NCBI GenBank assembly: GCA_000708835.1
Contig: DF236992.1
Location: 1 to 64,000, forward strand
Reading direction: 5' to 3'
DNA from: Klebsormidium nitens
Lineage: Eukaryota > Plantae > Klebsormidiophyceae
Length of the DNA stretch: 64,000 bases
Shown: positions 1-11,700 of the stretch, one piece after another
How the letters are laid out: every line of letters begins with the position of its first letter
Numbering within the stretch: the stretch's first letter is position 1
Notes under the pieces: generated by a model
The model's database searches: none
What the model was told of the DNA's origin: nothing
Seen by the model: the letters and a program-made list of their open reading frames with translations, nothing else
Translations under genes and position numbers: made by a program

Positions 1-236
1 AAAATAAATTGAATTGAATTGAATTGAGCTGCCGGCGCCCCCCGGTAGTTAGGTTACCGTTACGGGCCGGCCTAGCACAGCAAGTGCCCATGCAATGTCT
101 AGCTGCCGGCTGAGCAGCCGGCGGGGTGCCGTCTTCTGCACCGGCCGGGGTCCCATCTTGGTCGGCCAGGACCGCCAGGTCCAGTTTCCTTTGGCAAAAC
201 CCTGGTTCAAACTGAAGGACGATATGTACCTACTAA

Positions 237-682
237 TGCCCGGTTCACATGCGTCTTCGAAATCCGTGGTTTTGCATGAGCAAAACCGGCGATTTGAAAA
301 CTAGCCCTTCGCGACAGGCCGGAGCTACGGTTTTGCGTTCGAAAAGCTGACATCGAAAACTCTCGCCGTCCTCACGGAGGTCGTGGATTTGGTCCCCCGA
401 GCATAGTGAGTACTTTTACTGGTAAAAAGTGCCCGGTAGGTCAAAACCACGAGTCCAAAACCACCGAAAACCACCAAAACCAGATTTTGAAGCTGCGTAT
501 TCGTGGTTTTGAGTTTGCGTGGTTGTCGACGGTCTTCGGTCGACTTGCTGGTTTTGAGCTTGGTCGGAGCCAGTTTTCAGTGAATCCTTCAAAGCTGTTC
601 ACATGCGTCCCGGAAAGTTAGGGCTGCCACGTCGGACAAAACCGGCAAAACCACGGCAAATTGGACGCATGTGAACCGGGCA
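237..682. mobile_element. Tourist-like (PIF/Harbinger) MITE, 446 bp
   Basis: Perfect 19-bp terminal inverted repeats TGCCCGGTTCACATGCGTC (237-255) and GACGCATGTGAACCGGGCA (664-682). TAA target-site duplication at 234-236 and 683-685. Many internal AAAACC/GGTTTT sub-repeats and no coding capacity. Confidence 0.88.
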
Positions 683-1467
683 TAAGATTGACGCTGCCCG
701 TCGCACACTATCGAGCAACATTCCCCGGCCCCGAGAGCGTCAGAAGCAATAACTTGAATAAGCCACCGGAAATCAAGGGTTTGGCCTCGGTTTCGTTTCC
801 CAGTCACCCGCCCAACCAGACCACAAGGTAGCCTCTGTGTCGCATCGAAACCCTCGTATAATTAAGGGTTTGGACATAATACATAAGTATACGGCTTATA
901 AGCAGCTGCGGATAACCTGATACTCCACCAGTATCAGGTTTGACCCTATCACAGGTGGGGTCCCACAGATCCGGCTGATCTGTGCAATGCAAAATGGTGA
1001 GAAAAAACAAGGAGGGACAAGAGACTCACTATGCATGTCACCTATTATTACTATTATTAAAGGCAACACTAAGTGACGCGGGATATCGGCTCTACATTTT
1101 TTAAAAAGCACAATATCCGAAGGGCCTCCGACATGACTCTTAGTACCCGGCGCCAGCCTCGTTTGGATAATGGACGGTTACAATCGACGTGTACGTGTGA
1201 TTTAGAATAATGCTCCCCAACTTCACGGTTCTACTATACAGACCCTAGTGTCAAGTCGAATCAAGCTTTCATACGAGCCTGGAATACAATGGATTACTGA
1301 AACTCGCATAACCTCCTAAGGGGGCCAGATTTCGTCTCTATCGCAGTATCGGTCCCCGGCGAACGAAAAGAACATCTTGACATGCTGACCGCTGAGACCA
1401 AGGCCGGTCAGCAAGCTTTGAGCGTTGTGAGAGCCTTGATGTTCGACATGGATAATTTTGCAGACAA

Positions 1468-4400
1468 TCAAGCCCTGTTCCTTCTCAATTTCTTCTTCCC
1501 ACGTTTTTCAACACTTTCTGATCCCCCAAACCCTTCAAAATCCGTGCCTGCAAGCAAGTCGCTAGCTAAATTTCTAAGTTTCGACGCGTCTTTGGTGACG
1601 GATCCTTGCAACGGTCCGCTTTTTCGATGTTCCTGCGGCCCGGAAAACGTCTTCTCAATCTGCAATGTGTTCTTGGTCGGAGTACGCGCTTCCAATCCCA
1701 GATCCTCTAACCAGGCTGCAGCCCGCTTCTTCCTCTCAAATTCGTCCGCTTTCGCCGTTTGACTAACCGGGTTTATACTTGTTTCGCTTTTAAGAACCTC
1801 CTCGTTGCCAATGGGAGGGACCTTCCCGGTTTCTAATGGTAACCCTCCCGCAGTGCTGCTCACAATCCCATGCTCTTGTGCAGTCCCTTCTTGAGACAGT
1901 ACGTTTACGCCTCCTGGTAGTACAACTAACCCTCTTTCTTCGTCGCTTAACCTGACCCGCTTTGCCGGTGGGCTTTCCAGCACCCCTTCGTCTGCTCCCG
2001 TCTCGTCAACTCCCCTGATGTCGAAAGGAGGTACGGAAAAGCCTGGGGGCCCCGTTTCGGGCACAATTTCATAGCGCTCTGGAACAACAGCGGCTTGCAG
2101 GGCTTCTCTTACTGGGTGAACAGGGCCTTCTGGTCGAAGGGGCTGAACGGGAGGAGGAGTGCCCGAGGAAAGCTGTGGATCCTGAGAGCAGACGCAAGAA
2201 AGAAGTGTTAAGCAAAGTCTGAGAAAAGCATTTTTTTTCTGTCAAACCAGGAAGTCGATTGACGAGGAAGGCAGGAAACCAAGTCTCACCAATCTAGTTG
2301 AACACGAGACCCACAAGAAGAACGGTTCCAAATGACGTGACCAATTAGTTTATCACCCATAACGAAGGACCAGTCGAATACAAAAAAGTAATACCCTGGG
2401 TTTTTTAATCTCATAGAAGTGGACGTGAAAAGGTATCTGCATCAGTCAGGAGTTCGCCGAAGTGAAGCAAGTTTAAAATCAGTCAAAAGGGTGCTGAACT
2501 CGGAAAAAGTTCCTCTGAAGAATCCCGGAGAAGCAAAGCCCTTCCCCTAACGCGCATTTACTTACGAGATTGCGTGCAGTAAAAGGCGCAGTTGAATCCC
2601 TTGCCGCTTCGAGCTCGCCAGTTGCCGTGTCACCGCGCCCCTTGAATCTCTCAGCCGCCTGCGAGAAAAGTGTGGATGATTACGAGAGGGTCAACAAAGT
2701 TCGAAGCGCGCCGATTCCGCCATCTGTATATCAAGTGGTTCCTAGCTACGAGGCAGACCTTTGGGTTGAGTAACATGTAGTAATTGTAAACGAAACCAGA
2801 TACCAATTATAACTGTCTAAGCACTCGGGCGAATATACGTATTCAACTCGGAAGGAGTAAACGGAACCTCTTTACACGTGACGAATCTGCCTCTACCTGA
2901 TTGACCAGTGTTATAAAGAGCGCCGATTGACCTGGGAGCGCAAAAGTCCTAAGGAAGGATGGTGAATTTCCCGTCCAAGCATTCACCAGAAACATCAATC
3001 CGAGACACGTTTGCGGACCAAACAATGGTTAACAACCGAAATTGGTTTAATGACAAGGTCTCCGCACCACTCACCTGAGAGGCAATGGTGTGAATGCGCG
3101 CCAGGCAGGCGAGCACGGTGAGGGCGAAGGGCATGAAAAAGCTCTGGGCGAGGAGCGCACCCAGGGCCTTGCTCGCGGCCTCGATGGCTGACAGGAGCTG
3201 GACAAGGAAGACGCCGTCATCAAAACAGGGCCTCGAAAATTGCATGGAGTGATCACGTCCAACTCCGCCTGGCCTTGGACAAAACGGCTGCTTGAGACAG
3301 GGCTCCTCTTCTGGGGTTTGAGGACGTGCATTTCTCTGCTACGCTCGCTCCAGGCACTTGTGCGGATACAGCCGAGAGATGTTTCAGGGTCGTCTTTATA
3401 GATCTCCTGCATGCAAACCTTACACAGAGACGCCAGCCTAACTTTGCGTATCTCCCCTTATTGAAATTACGTCGGATTATGGAAGTGATTAGAGCAAGGA
3501 GGCAACCGAATTGGGAGGTGGTGAGAGGCAGAAACGGAGGTGAATCCATGCAGACAAGACCTCGAGGTAAAGATGTGGGATGGACTTATTCCCGGACAGA
3601 ATGCTTTGAAAACATTTTCAATGATATTCTTGAACGGGCCACAGAACAGCTATAATAACGGAAAGCACTTTTTCAGCTTGAAAGGAGCCTTAACCAAGTA
3701 TCGAACGATCTGCATGTACAGCCATCGGGAAATCATCGAGCGTACAGCACAAATTTCGCCTTGTGGCTTGCCAATACAAGAATAAATCAGTCTGAGAACT
3801 CACCTGTTCTAAAAGCCTGAGGATTCCAAGGCCACGTTGCGGATCGCGAGAGCCCAACCTGCCAAAAACGAGACCGTTGAATCGACTGATTTTTCCAGCA
3901 CCCAAGGGCGTGCCAGTCCAGTTTTTGCGCTGATCCAACTCTTCAATTGCATCAGACCATGAAGGACCGTGCTTCTCAGAACCTTGGTTCAACTACTCGT
4001 AAACATTCCAGTTTCAGACCAGAAAAGCTTCTGAAAGTCACCCAGCCCAGCACAAACAAATGACTCAGCTTACCATGTAAGCGCAGCGCCGTCGCTTTTC
4101 GGTCCCAACAGCCCCTCTAATGCGGGTGTGGCTATAGACGACCTCCGGACAATCATGAGTATGCGGTGCACCTGCAAGTGAAAAGAGGAGGGGTGAGTTC
4201 AATCTCCAGAGTTAGGCACAGATCAGCCGCATGGTTGGCAAGCGCGAGGCACGGGTTTGAGCCAAGATGAGGATGTCGACAAGAGGCTAAGCGCAAGTCA
4301 AGGTGTTCACACCCCGGTAGTGTACCTGCCAATGTCGCTGCAAGCCACAACCTTACGTCAAGGGCGTGAACACAGGCTATGCTCTTAATGCAAGGTTCCC

Positions 4401-5223
4401 AGGGGGATCGAGCACAAGCGAGCTCCGATGAGACCAGTTTCCCGTTCTAGTCACCCGTCCTAGCAGGAAACCATATAGGAAGCGGGGTTTTAGTGTGTTC
4501 AGGCCAGAAGAAAAATCAGAACGTGCTTAAATGCCCGCTTCCTATGAAGGACGTGCTGCATGACAGTTACTAGAACAGGGGGGGCTGGTTTATAGTGGAA
4601 GATGGGAGTGCTGGGGGCTGTTTCAGTGCAACAATTGCTCCAGCTCCTCGAGACTTCTGCCCTTCCAGAGTGATAATCTTGATGGAAGTGAAAGACTGAA
4701 GGTCGAAGAGGCATTATTCCTCGGACACCAACTTGCAGGACACTGTGGGGCTCTAGCTGTCAGGCATCCTTTCAGATGTGGCCACGACAACTTCATGAAC
4801 ATTCAAAATGCACAGAGACTTTCAGAAAGCTCCGACAGCAGGGGCAAGAAACGGTTCCCTTGTCAGTAGGTGCAAATGAGAATAGGAACAAGTACGTTAG
4901 GATCACCGATTGCTGGAACAGGTTGCTCAACTGCCAGCTCACTAGCTAGACATTTGAAAGCTACCAAGATACAAAACAAAAAAGGCAAAAATCCATCGCT
5001 GCTGAACGGCCACCTACTTTGGGACCTTCCGATTCATTCTCACTTTCCCTAAAGCTTTTCTGAGTGCAGATTGACCCACCTGCTGCAGCCGCTGAAAGTG
5101 CAGTGTGTGCCGGTGCTGATTCTTGTTCTTATACAGCAATCGCTCCAGCAGGCCCACCTCATACCAAAGGGCCGCCAGCGCACCTTTCCGGCCAGAGCTC
5201 AGCTGACCTTCTGGGGGCAGCAT
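1468..5223 (-). CDS. NEPRO: NEPRO/Rmp1-like nucleolar protein (DUF4477 N-terminal domain; RNase MRP-associated family), multi-exon
   Basis: Phase-consistent exons 5223-5090 (LLERLLYKNKNQHRHTLHFQRLQQ, family signature), 4171-4074 (VHRILMIV), 3858-3804 and 3197-3075 (LLSAIEAASKALGALLAQSFFMPFALTVLACLARI). Terminal exon 2181-1468 ends in basic KKRGKKKLRRNRA*. Exons between 2182 and 3074 were not resolved. Confidence 0.8.
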
Positions 5224-5730
5224 TGCAGTTTTCGTCGTGGCCGTAATCGATTCTGTTGGAATGCAACCTTGCGTCTGGCGATGATTGAAAAACTGCTATG
5301 ATTGAAGAGCAGTAGGAGGGTGGGTGGTTTCAAGCTAGAGCACCGATCTTTGCAGTAGATGTGGTGGTGGTAAAAGTGGTGGCGTATGTCGCCTGGGCAC
5401 TTTGTTTGACGAGACAGTGAGACAGCTTCTGTTGCAAAGCAGCAAGGTCTCATGGCAAAAGTTGTGGACCTGGTTTCGTTCCTGGATCCATGCCGAGTGT
5501 CAAAGCTTCTTCCGGTTAAGACAAGGTTAGTAACCTGTTCCTGATCTGACCGAGTCGGGGTTAGATAACACCATCTAACTCTCCAAGGGAGCTGGCCGTC
5601 CACATGAGCTCCTTGAGAAACATCTGGCCACTCCCTCAAGTCCCCCGCGGCCTAGTGTGCACGCTGTCTCATGGCTGACCCAGTAGCCCTTCAACAGTGA
5701 GGCAGCCCCAGCGGCCAATTCTCAATCAAC

Positions 5731-8700
5731 ATGGCTGTAGCCAGCTCGCCGCTCGAGCAGGGGCAGCGCATGCGTCGAGGCGCTTTCCTCGCCGTGCAGC
5801 CGTTGTGCGTAGGGCTGGTGCAGCCAGGCCAAGACAACCTGAGCACCGTGCAGCGCCTGGTAGCGTTGCAAGCGGTGCTGGAGGGATTGCCAGCTGGCGG
5901 CCTGCAAGCATGCATCGAGTAAGGCTGCTCTGGCATTGTGGAAAAGTGCAGTGGTGGTGTGATTGTCTATGACTGAGTTTGCGAGGGGGACCGGGCAACT
6001 AGCTGGAAAAGGTGTTCTAGATTTATTAGCGGGCACTGAGCTTTTGTACGTTCGTTCTCAGGCTTTAAAATGCTGTATCTGATCGTGTGGGCAAGCTGTA
6101 AAAGGTGGCCTTTCTGCGGGTCAGTCAGCTTCGACTTTGCCAAAGGCTTTTCACTCTTGTCGATCTGCGCGGCGCTCGTGCATCATGCCGACAGAACAAG
6201 TATTGTGGCTTCTGCCTTCTGCGATCCCATACTTGTGCTGCCAATTGGAGGCTATTGCGCTCATGAACTTGTTGTACCACCCTCTAATCATGGAGAACAT
6301 GGTTGGATAACACCCTTCCATTGCACCACCCTGACATCAGTACAAAGCATGCAGTAATTCAGTCTGGTACATGGGCCTTGCAATTCACAAGTTTCCCTGG
6401 GTGGCTGCCTCCATATGCACTGCCATCGCCCTTCCATCGGATATCTATCACCCTCCAAAAATTTCTTTATCCTCAAGCACCTCAGGCACACATAGAAGAA
6501 CAGAACAGCTGTTTCAGATTCATCACTCAGCCCCTCTTCTGCAGCTACATCCTCTTCCCCCTCTTCCACCATCTGCGCCCCGGTTCCCCCGCCCCTGTCA
6601 CCGAAGCAGCCGCCGGCACACTGCGAACTTTCCTGACAAAGTGCCCGGTAGGCCCCGCCCAGTTCGTCCCGCTTCTCCAGACCCTAATCCAGCTGCTGAA
6701 CCTGCCAAGAGATGGGGCATCGGAGGAGCTCCGTAGGAGCGTTCTGGAGAGCGCGGGCGCGATGTTTTCTGGGCTGGGGGGCGAGGAGCTGGGGAAGCTG
6801 AGGGGGGGGGAGATGGCGGCTGCACGGGGGCACTTGCTGTCGCTGTTTTTGAAGGTAAGGAGGTTGTGAAACGTCAGTCCTTCCGATTATAAAGGGGGAA
6901 TGCAGATCTTTGATGAGTTGCAGAACCGACTCTCAAGAATAGGGCACGGACAGGATCGAAGTCTCATGTGTTTTTGCAGCTCTTCTCGCAGCTCGATGCC
7001 TATTCTCGGTTTCTCTCAAGCACACCATGTCCCGCTTGTCGAGCAACCAATCCAAACCCATCATGTATGATGGAAGCTGACGTTGTCGACCTCGAGTGGC
7101 ACTCGGTGAACGGTCAGTCAAACCTCTGACAGGTGGCGGATGAGGAGATTGCGGCGGGGGCTCAGGGAAGCAAGCAGCTGCATGCACTGGCCATGACGAC
7201 CCTTGACACCTTTCTAAAGCAGGTGGGCCGGCGTTTTGCAATTCCTCCTCTTGGCAATACATGGCGTTGGTGGTGTTTGCGAAACGGCTCTTACCAGGCA
7301 TGTTGTTCCGGACTCCCTTCGAAAGCTTCCCCGTCCCCTCCTGACAAAATAGGCACTTTCTTATTTGCCAATTTTGTCTTGATTGGATCTAGTGGCACAA
7401 ACGCAGACGAGGATTGGCGGAGTCTGCTTGCATGTTGGCGGCGGCTTCTCTGATCAATTGATCTAAACAGAGCGTTGTAACGACTTTTCTTTTGGCCTGC
7501 CAGTCTCTTGTCCCTTCGCCTGAAGAGGCATGTCGCTGCGAATACATGTCTGATCGAGGTATGCATGAGCGTCTGCCATGCTGAAGAAACCAAATGAGTG
7601 CTCAAGTTCAATTTAATAGTAACCAATTAGCACGGGGAACTCAGTCTTGTACAAGATTTGGATCTCTGTTTTCTAGATCGACGACCCGGACGCCCTTGCC
7701 TTCTTCCTCCCGGGAGTGGCCAGTGGTCTGTCCCGCGCCATGCTCGCCCCCAAAGCCGGCTCCCTCGGAACCGCCGCCGCAGTGCGGGCCCTCTCGACGC
7801 TCCTGGGCGTCGTTCTCGCTGACGCCGCAAACCCAGGGTTGAGCTCCGAAATCCTGGGGTTAGGCGCCCCAGCGCCTGGGTTACCTGCCCTGGGGGCTCC
7901 AGTCTCGGCCGCTGGCGCCATGCAGGTGAGCAAAGGGTGGAGTAGTGCGACGTCCTGCGCAGAGACTTCAGAATATTGTCAGAAGACTCGACCGACGCCC
8001 CTTGTGGGCTGGTCGACTGGTCACTTATGTACGCGTTGAGGACCTACAAAGCAGAAGGTTTCAAATTCTTGTTTTGAGCTCTCTGCGAAACACCTCCACT
8101 CTGGATTGGCCGAGGGGGCAATACCGAGAAGTTCACTTTGCGTTTGCGATTGATGATTACCATTCGGAAGCATCAAAGTAGTCTTCCCCCACCTTTCGAA
8201 GCCCCTGAGAGCAATCCTCCCTCTTGAGCGCACGCGTGCGTTTCTTCTCCAGGCGCTGCGGCAGCTGTCCTTGAGGCCGAAACACCCTGCTGACAAGCCC
8301 GCGACCCCGCCCCCTCCCCGAAAGAAGCCGGAAAGAGCCCCCCCAGAACGGGAGAGCATGAACGTGGTTCGGGATCAGGAGTGGTTGAGCGAAACGGTGC
8401 CGCGACTCCAGACGATGCTGCAAGCGGTGCTGCCAAGGGTAAGGCGAAGCTCTTTACTCGGAGAGCTGACCTGAAGAGTCCCGGTTTCATGGGTTTGGAT
8501 ACAATGTCTTACGGACCCACTTGAAACTGGGGTCCAGGATGAGGCGAAAGTCGATCTTAGGGAAGACACGTGTCCTTCTCATTCGCAGCCTCGACCCCCA
8601 GGGTTGCTTCCCACCATAGAATAAGTCATCGCTCTGACAACGGTTCGATACAGTGAAATCTGAGCGACTGCGAACCGAGGCTCCTCAAAGCCACCGCAAC

Positions 8701-11700
8701 CCTCAGAGATCATGATTGGTGCGTTCTTCTCTTCACGCGACTTCAAGTCGCGTCATGCTCACGCAGATATCCACCAATTGCAGCTCTGCACGTCGGACAG
8801 CTTCAGAGTCCGCGCTGCGTTGGGACAGCTGGCGGTCCGGCTGCTCGACACGTGTCAGCGGATGCTGTCTGCAGCGACGCCTCTTCTGCTCGTGAGCAGA
8901 AACTTATTCCTGGCATGTCAAAGCAGAATCCGTACAAGGAAGTTCAACAATCGATGAGGCTGAGTTCGCAGATCTGAAGGTTTTTCACCAGCAGGAGTGT
9001 ATTCCTGGCATCCTCAAGCAGGATCCGTACACTCAATTTAGATCGATAAGATTGAATAAGCATTCCTCAGTCAGAGGTTTTTGATACACACTTTCTTCGT
9101 TGCCTTACTCGTCAGAAAGAGACACCACTGCTAACCGTTGCTCTTTCATCAGACTCGACCAGTCCCCCAACTTCAGCCGTTGATGTTCGCCCTGACGTTG
9201 CAGGAATGCCTTTTCGCTTTGGCGTACGACGATTACACCAGCGTCGCGACTCCCGCCCGGGGTTTTCTCGGGAGATTGACTATCGCCCCTAGCGTGGGGC
9301 CGCCAAGGGTGGGCGGGGCCTTCACCGTCTCGGAAGCGTCGCTTGGACGCATAATGCAAAGGTCAGCTCCTTACGACCGTTTGTTCTTCGTGTCCAAGGA
9401 TCATCGCTTGTAATAATCGATTTGCGTTCCGTCGGATCTTCCTACCATCCGTGGCGAACAAGGGTAAAGCAAGAAGCTCTAAATACAAATCTGTTTTACT
9501 CCCTTACGTTTGCATTTCCTCTAAGTGCCAAGCGTGCTCCGCTTAAAAACAGCAAGCTTACGAGGTTTTCGGCTCTGCGTCTCTCCGATCTGTCCATATC
9601 TTTGCCCATCCATGTTCCGGGCTTACTCTACGCATCTCACCAATTTTCATCAGCCCTGCATCGAGCTCGCTATTCCTGAGAACACTCCAGAAGTCGCTTT
9701 GGACGCCGGCTGACGTCGGCACGTGTCCATCGGTCCAGGCGACTGTTCGAATGGCCGCAAGCGCTGCGAAGCGCAACGAGTGTTGCCTTCATCAAGATCT
9801 ACGTTCCACCGACGCAGTCATGATATGCCTCAACCGAGTTCGCTTGTTTTGGCATCGCTGAAACATCGACTTTGGATGCCAGTTGACGTCCGCAAGTGTC
9901 CGTCTTCCAGGCAGCTGTCCGAGCTGCCGCGGGCGCTGCGGCGAGGCGACGACGCGGCCGCGCTCGCGCAAGCGCGGCGGATCGCCGCCATTCTTGCCTT
10001 GATGATGCGAGGGGAACGGAGCCAGAGCATCGTAGAAACGGTAAGAGTCCCTTCCGCTCAATCTTCGATGTCCTGCTGTGCTCTTTCGCCTGTGGCATCG
10101 TTTCTGTAGTCGTAGAGCTCGTTCCCAGCTTGAGTGTCATGAAACTTAAATCGTGCTTTTTTGTTTGACCATAATTTCCCTTCCAGTTGTTCCCCACCAA
10201 TCCTTTTTCCAACTATATGTGCATTCTCCCGCTGTCCTTGCTCCATTTCCGGTTCTCTCTCTGCTTCGAATTTAGTCTGGTTCTAGGTAGTACCGGTCGA
10301 GTGTCGGTGAGTTTTGTTTGACTTAAGAAGGGCCCCGCTTGCCACTTTCCACCTTCCAATTCACAGACGCCGCGAATCAATATTAGCCTAGTTCACAGCC
10401 CACAGCCCAGCTCTCCTTCCAGATTAGAAGAGTCCAACACCCATAGGACTCACGAGGTTGCAACCGGTTCGATTTGAAACCCTGGCAATCGGCAGAACAG
10501 TCTACTCTGGATGGAACTTGTCATACCTTCGGTTGAACCCCCAATCTTGCCTTCTTTTCTCTGTCCTGCATTGAATCGTCTGAATTGCTTGGGAACATGC
10601 GTTCTTCCTGGGATGCGCCGATCTCTTCCTCATCTCCAAGTCAGTCGGTTATTTCAAAAAAAAAAAAGTTGAAAGAAAACGGCAACGAAGTATAACATTT
10701 GCACACCAAATCACGATAAAATGCTCCCTCGTGCTCGCAGGGCCTCCTCTCGACACTGTCAGCGGCTCTGCAGCAGTGCCTGGAGTTCTCGAGTTCCGCT
10801 GGCCACGTGGCAGAATACCAGCCGCCTGCACAGTACCTGACGCTGGGTGGCGGTGAGAATGCGCCCGCCTCCACTGGTGAGAATATCCTCCGGATCATCA
10901 GCGGTCGTTCTGAAGGCAAGAACTTGATGCATGGAGGCACGCAAGGGAAAGGCTGTAAATGCGGGAATGGGCTCACAATGTTGAGATGTTTTCAAAAGAC
11001 ACTCGTAATTGTTGGACCGTGCTTGGACCGGAGGCTCGGACTCAGATTCTCGCTTTGACAAACACTGTCGAATTAAAGGCACCGGGGAAGCCTAGAGCGC
11101 AACACTCGTAGAGAGAGTCGAGACCTTCCACTACATTCTTTTGAGAAACACGACGGGACTACATCTCATTGTGAGTCGTGACATTCGTGCGCTCAAGTTC
11201 TCAGCGTGAGTCCCACATAAGACCGGCCTACTTGCTCCTGGCCTCGAGAAACCACTTTTCAAAGCTGAGACCGTCGGTGGGCTTACGTGCTGACGTCAGT
11301 TCGGCTTGCGTGTTCGCAGACGCTTCTCCGGAGCCGCCTCTGCCCGCCCCGCTGCTGCCGCGGACGCCGGAAAGCCTGGCGCACGTCCGGAGCCGTCCGA
11401 TGTACGACGCGCTGGCGCGCATCTGTCGGCTGATCGGACGCAGCGCAAAGCGAGGTGGGTGCGGGGCTGATCCCTCAGATTGCCTCCGATTTGGTTGAGA
11501 TCGTCTTCAGTGTACTTGTGTTGTCACAAATTATGTTCCAAGGCGAGAACTGCATTTGGCGAATATTAGGAGCATTTTGACTGGGAAGGCTTACCATGGT
11601 TTCTAAACCTTATGCCACAACGCACACAATGTTGAGTTCTGCGCACCTTCGTCTTACAAGAAAGATCATCCATTTTGGTCTCGTGGTAGCAACTCTATTC

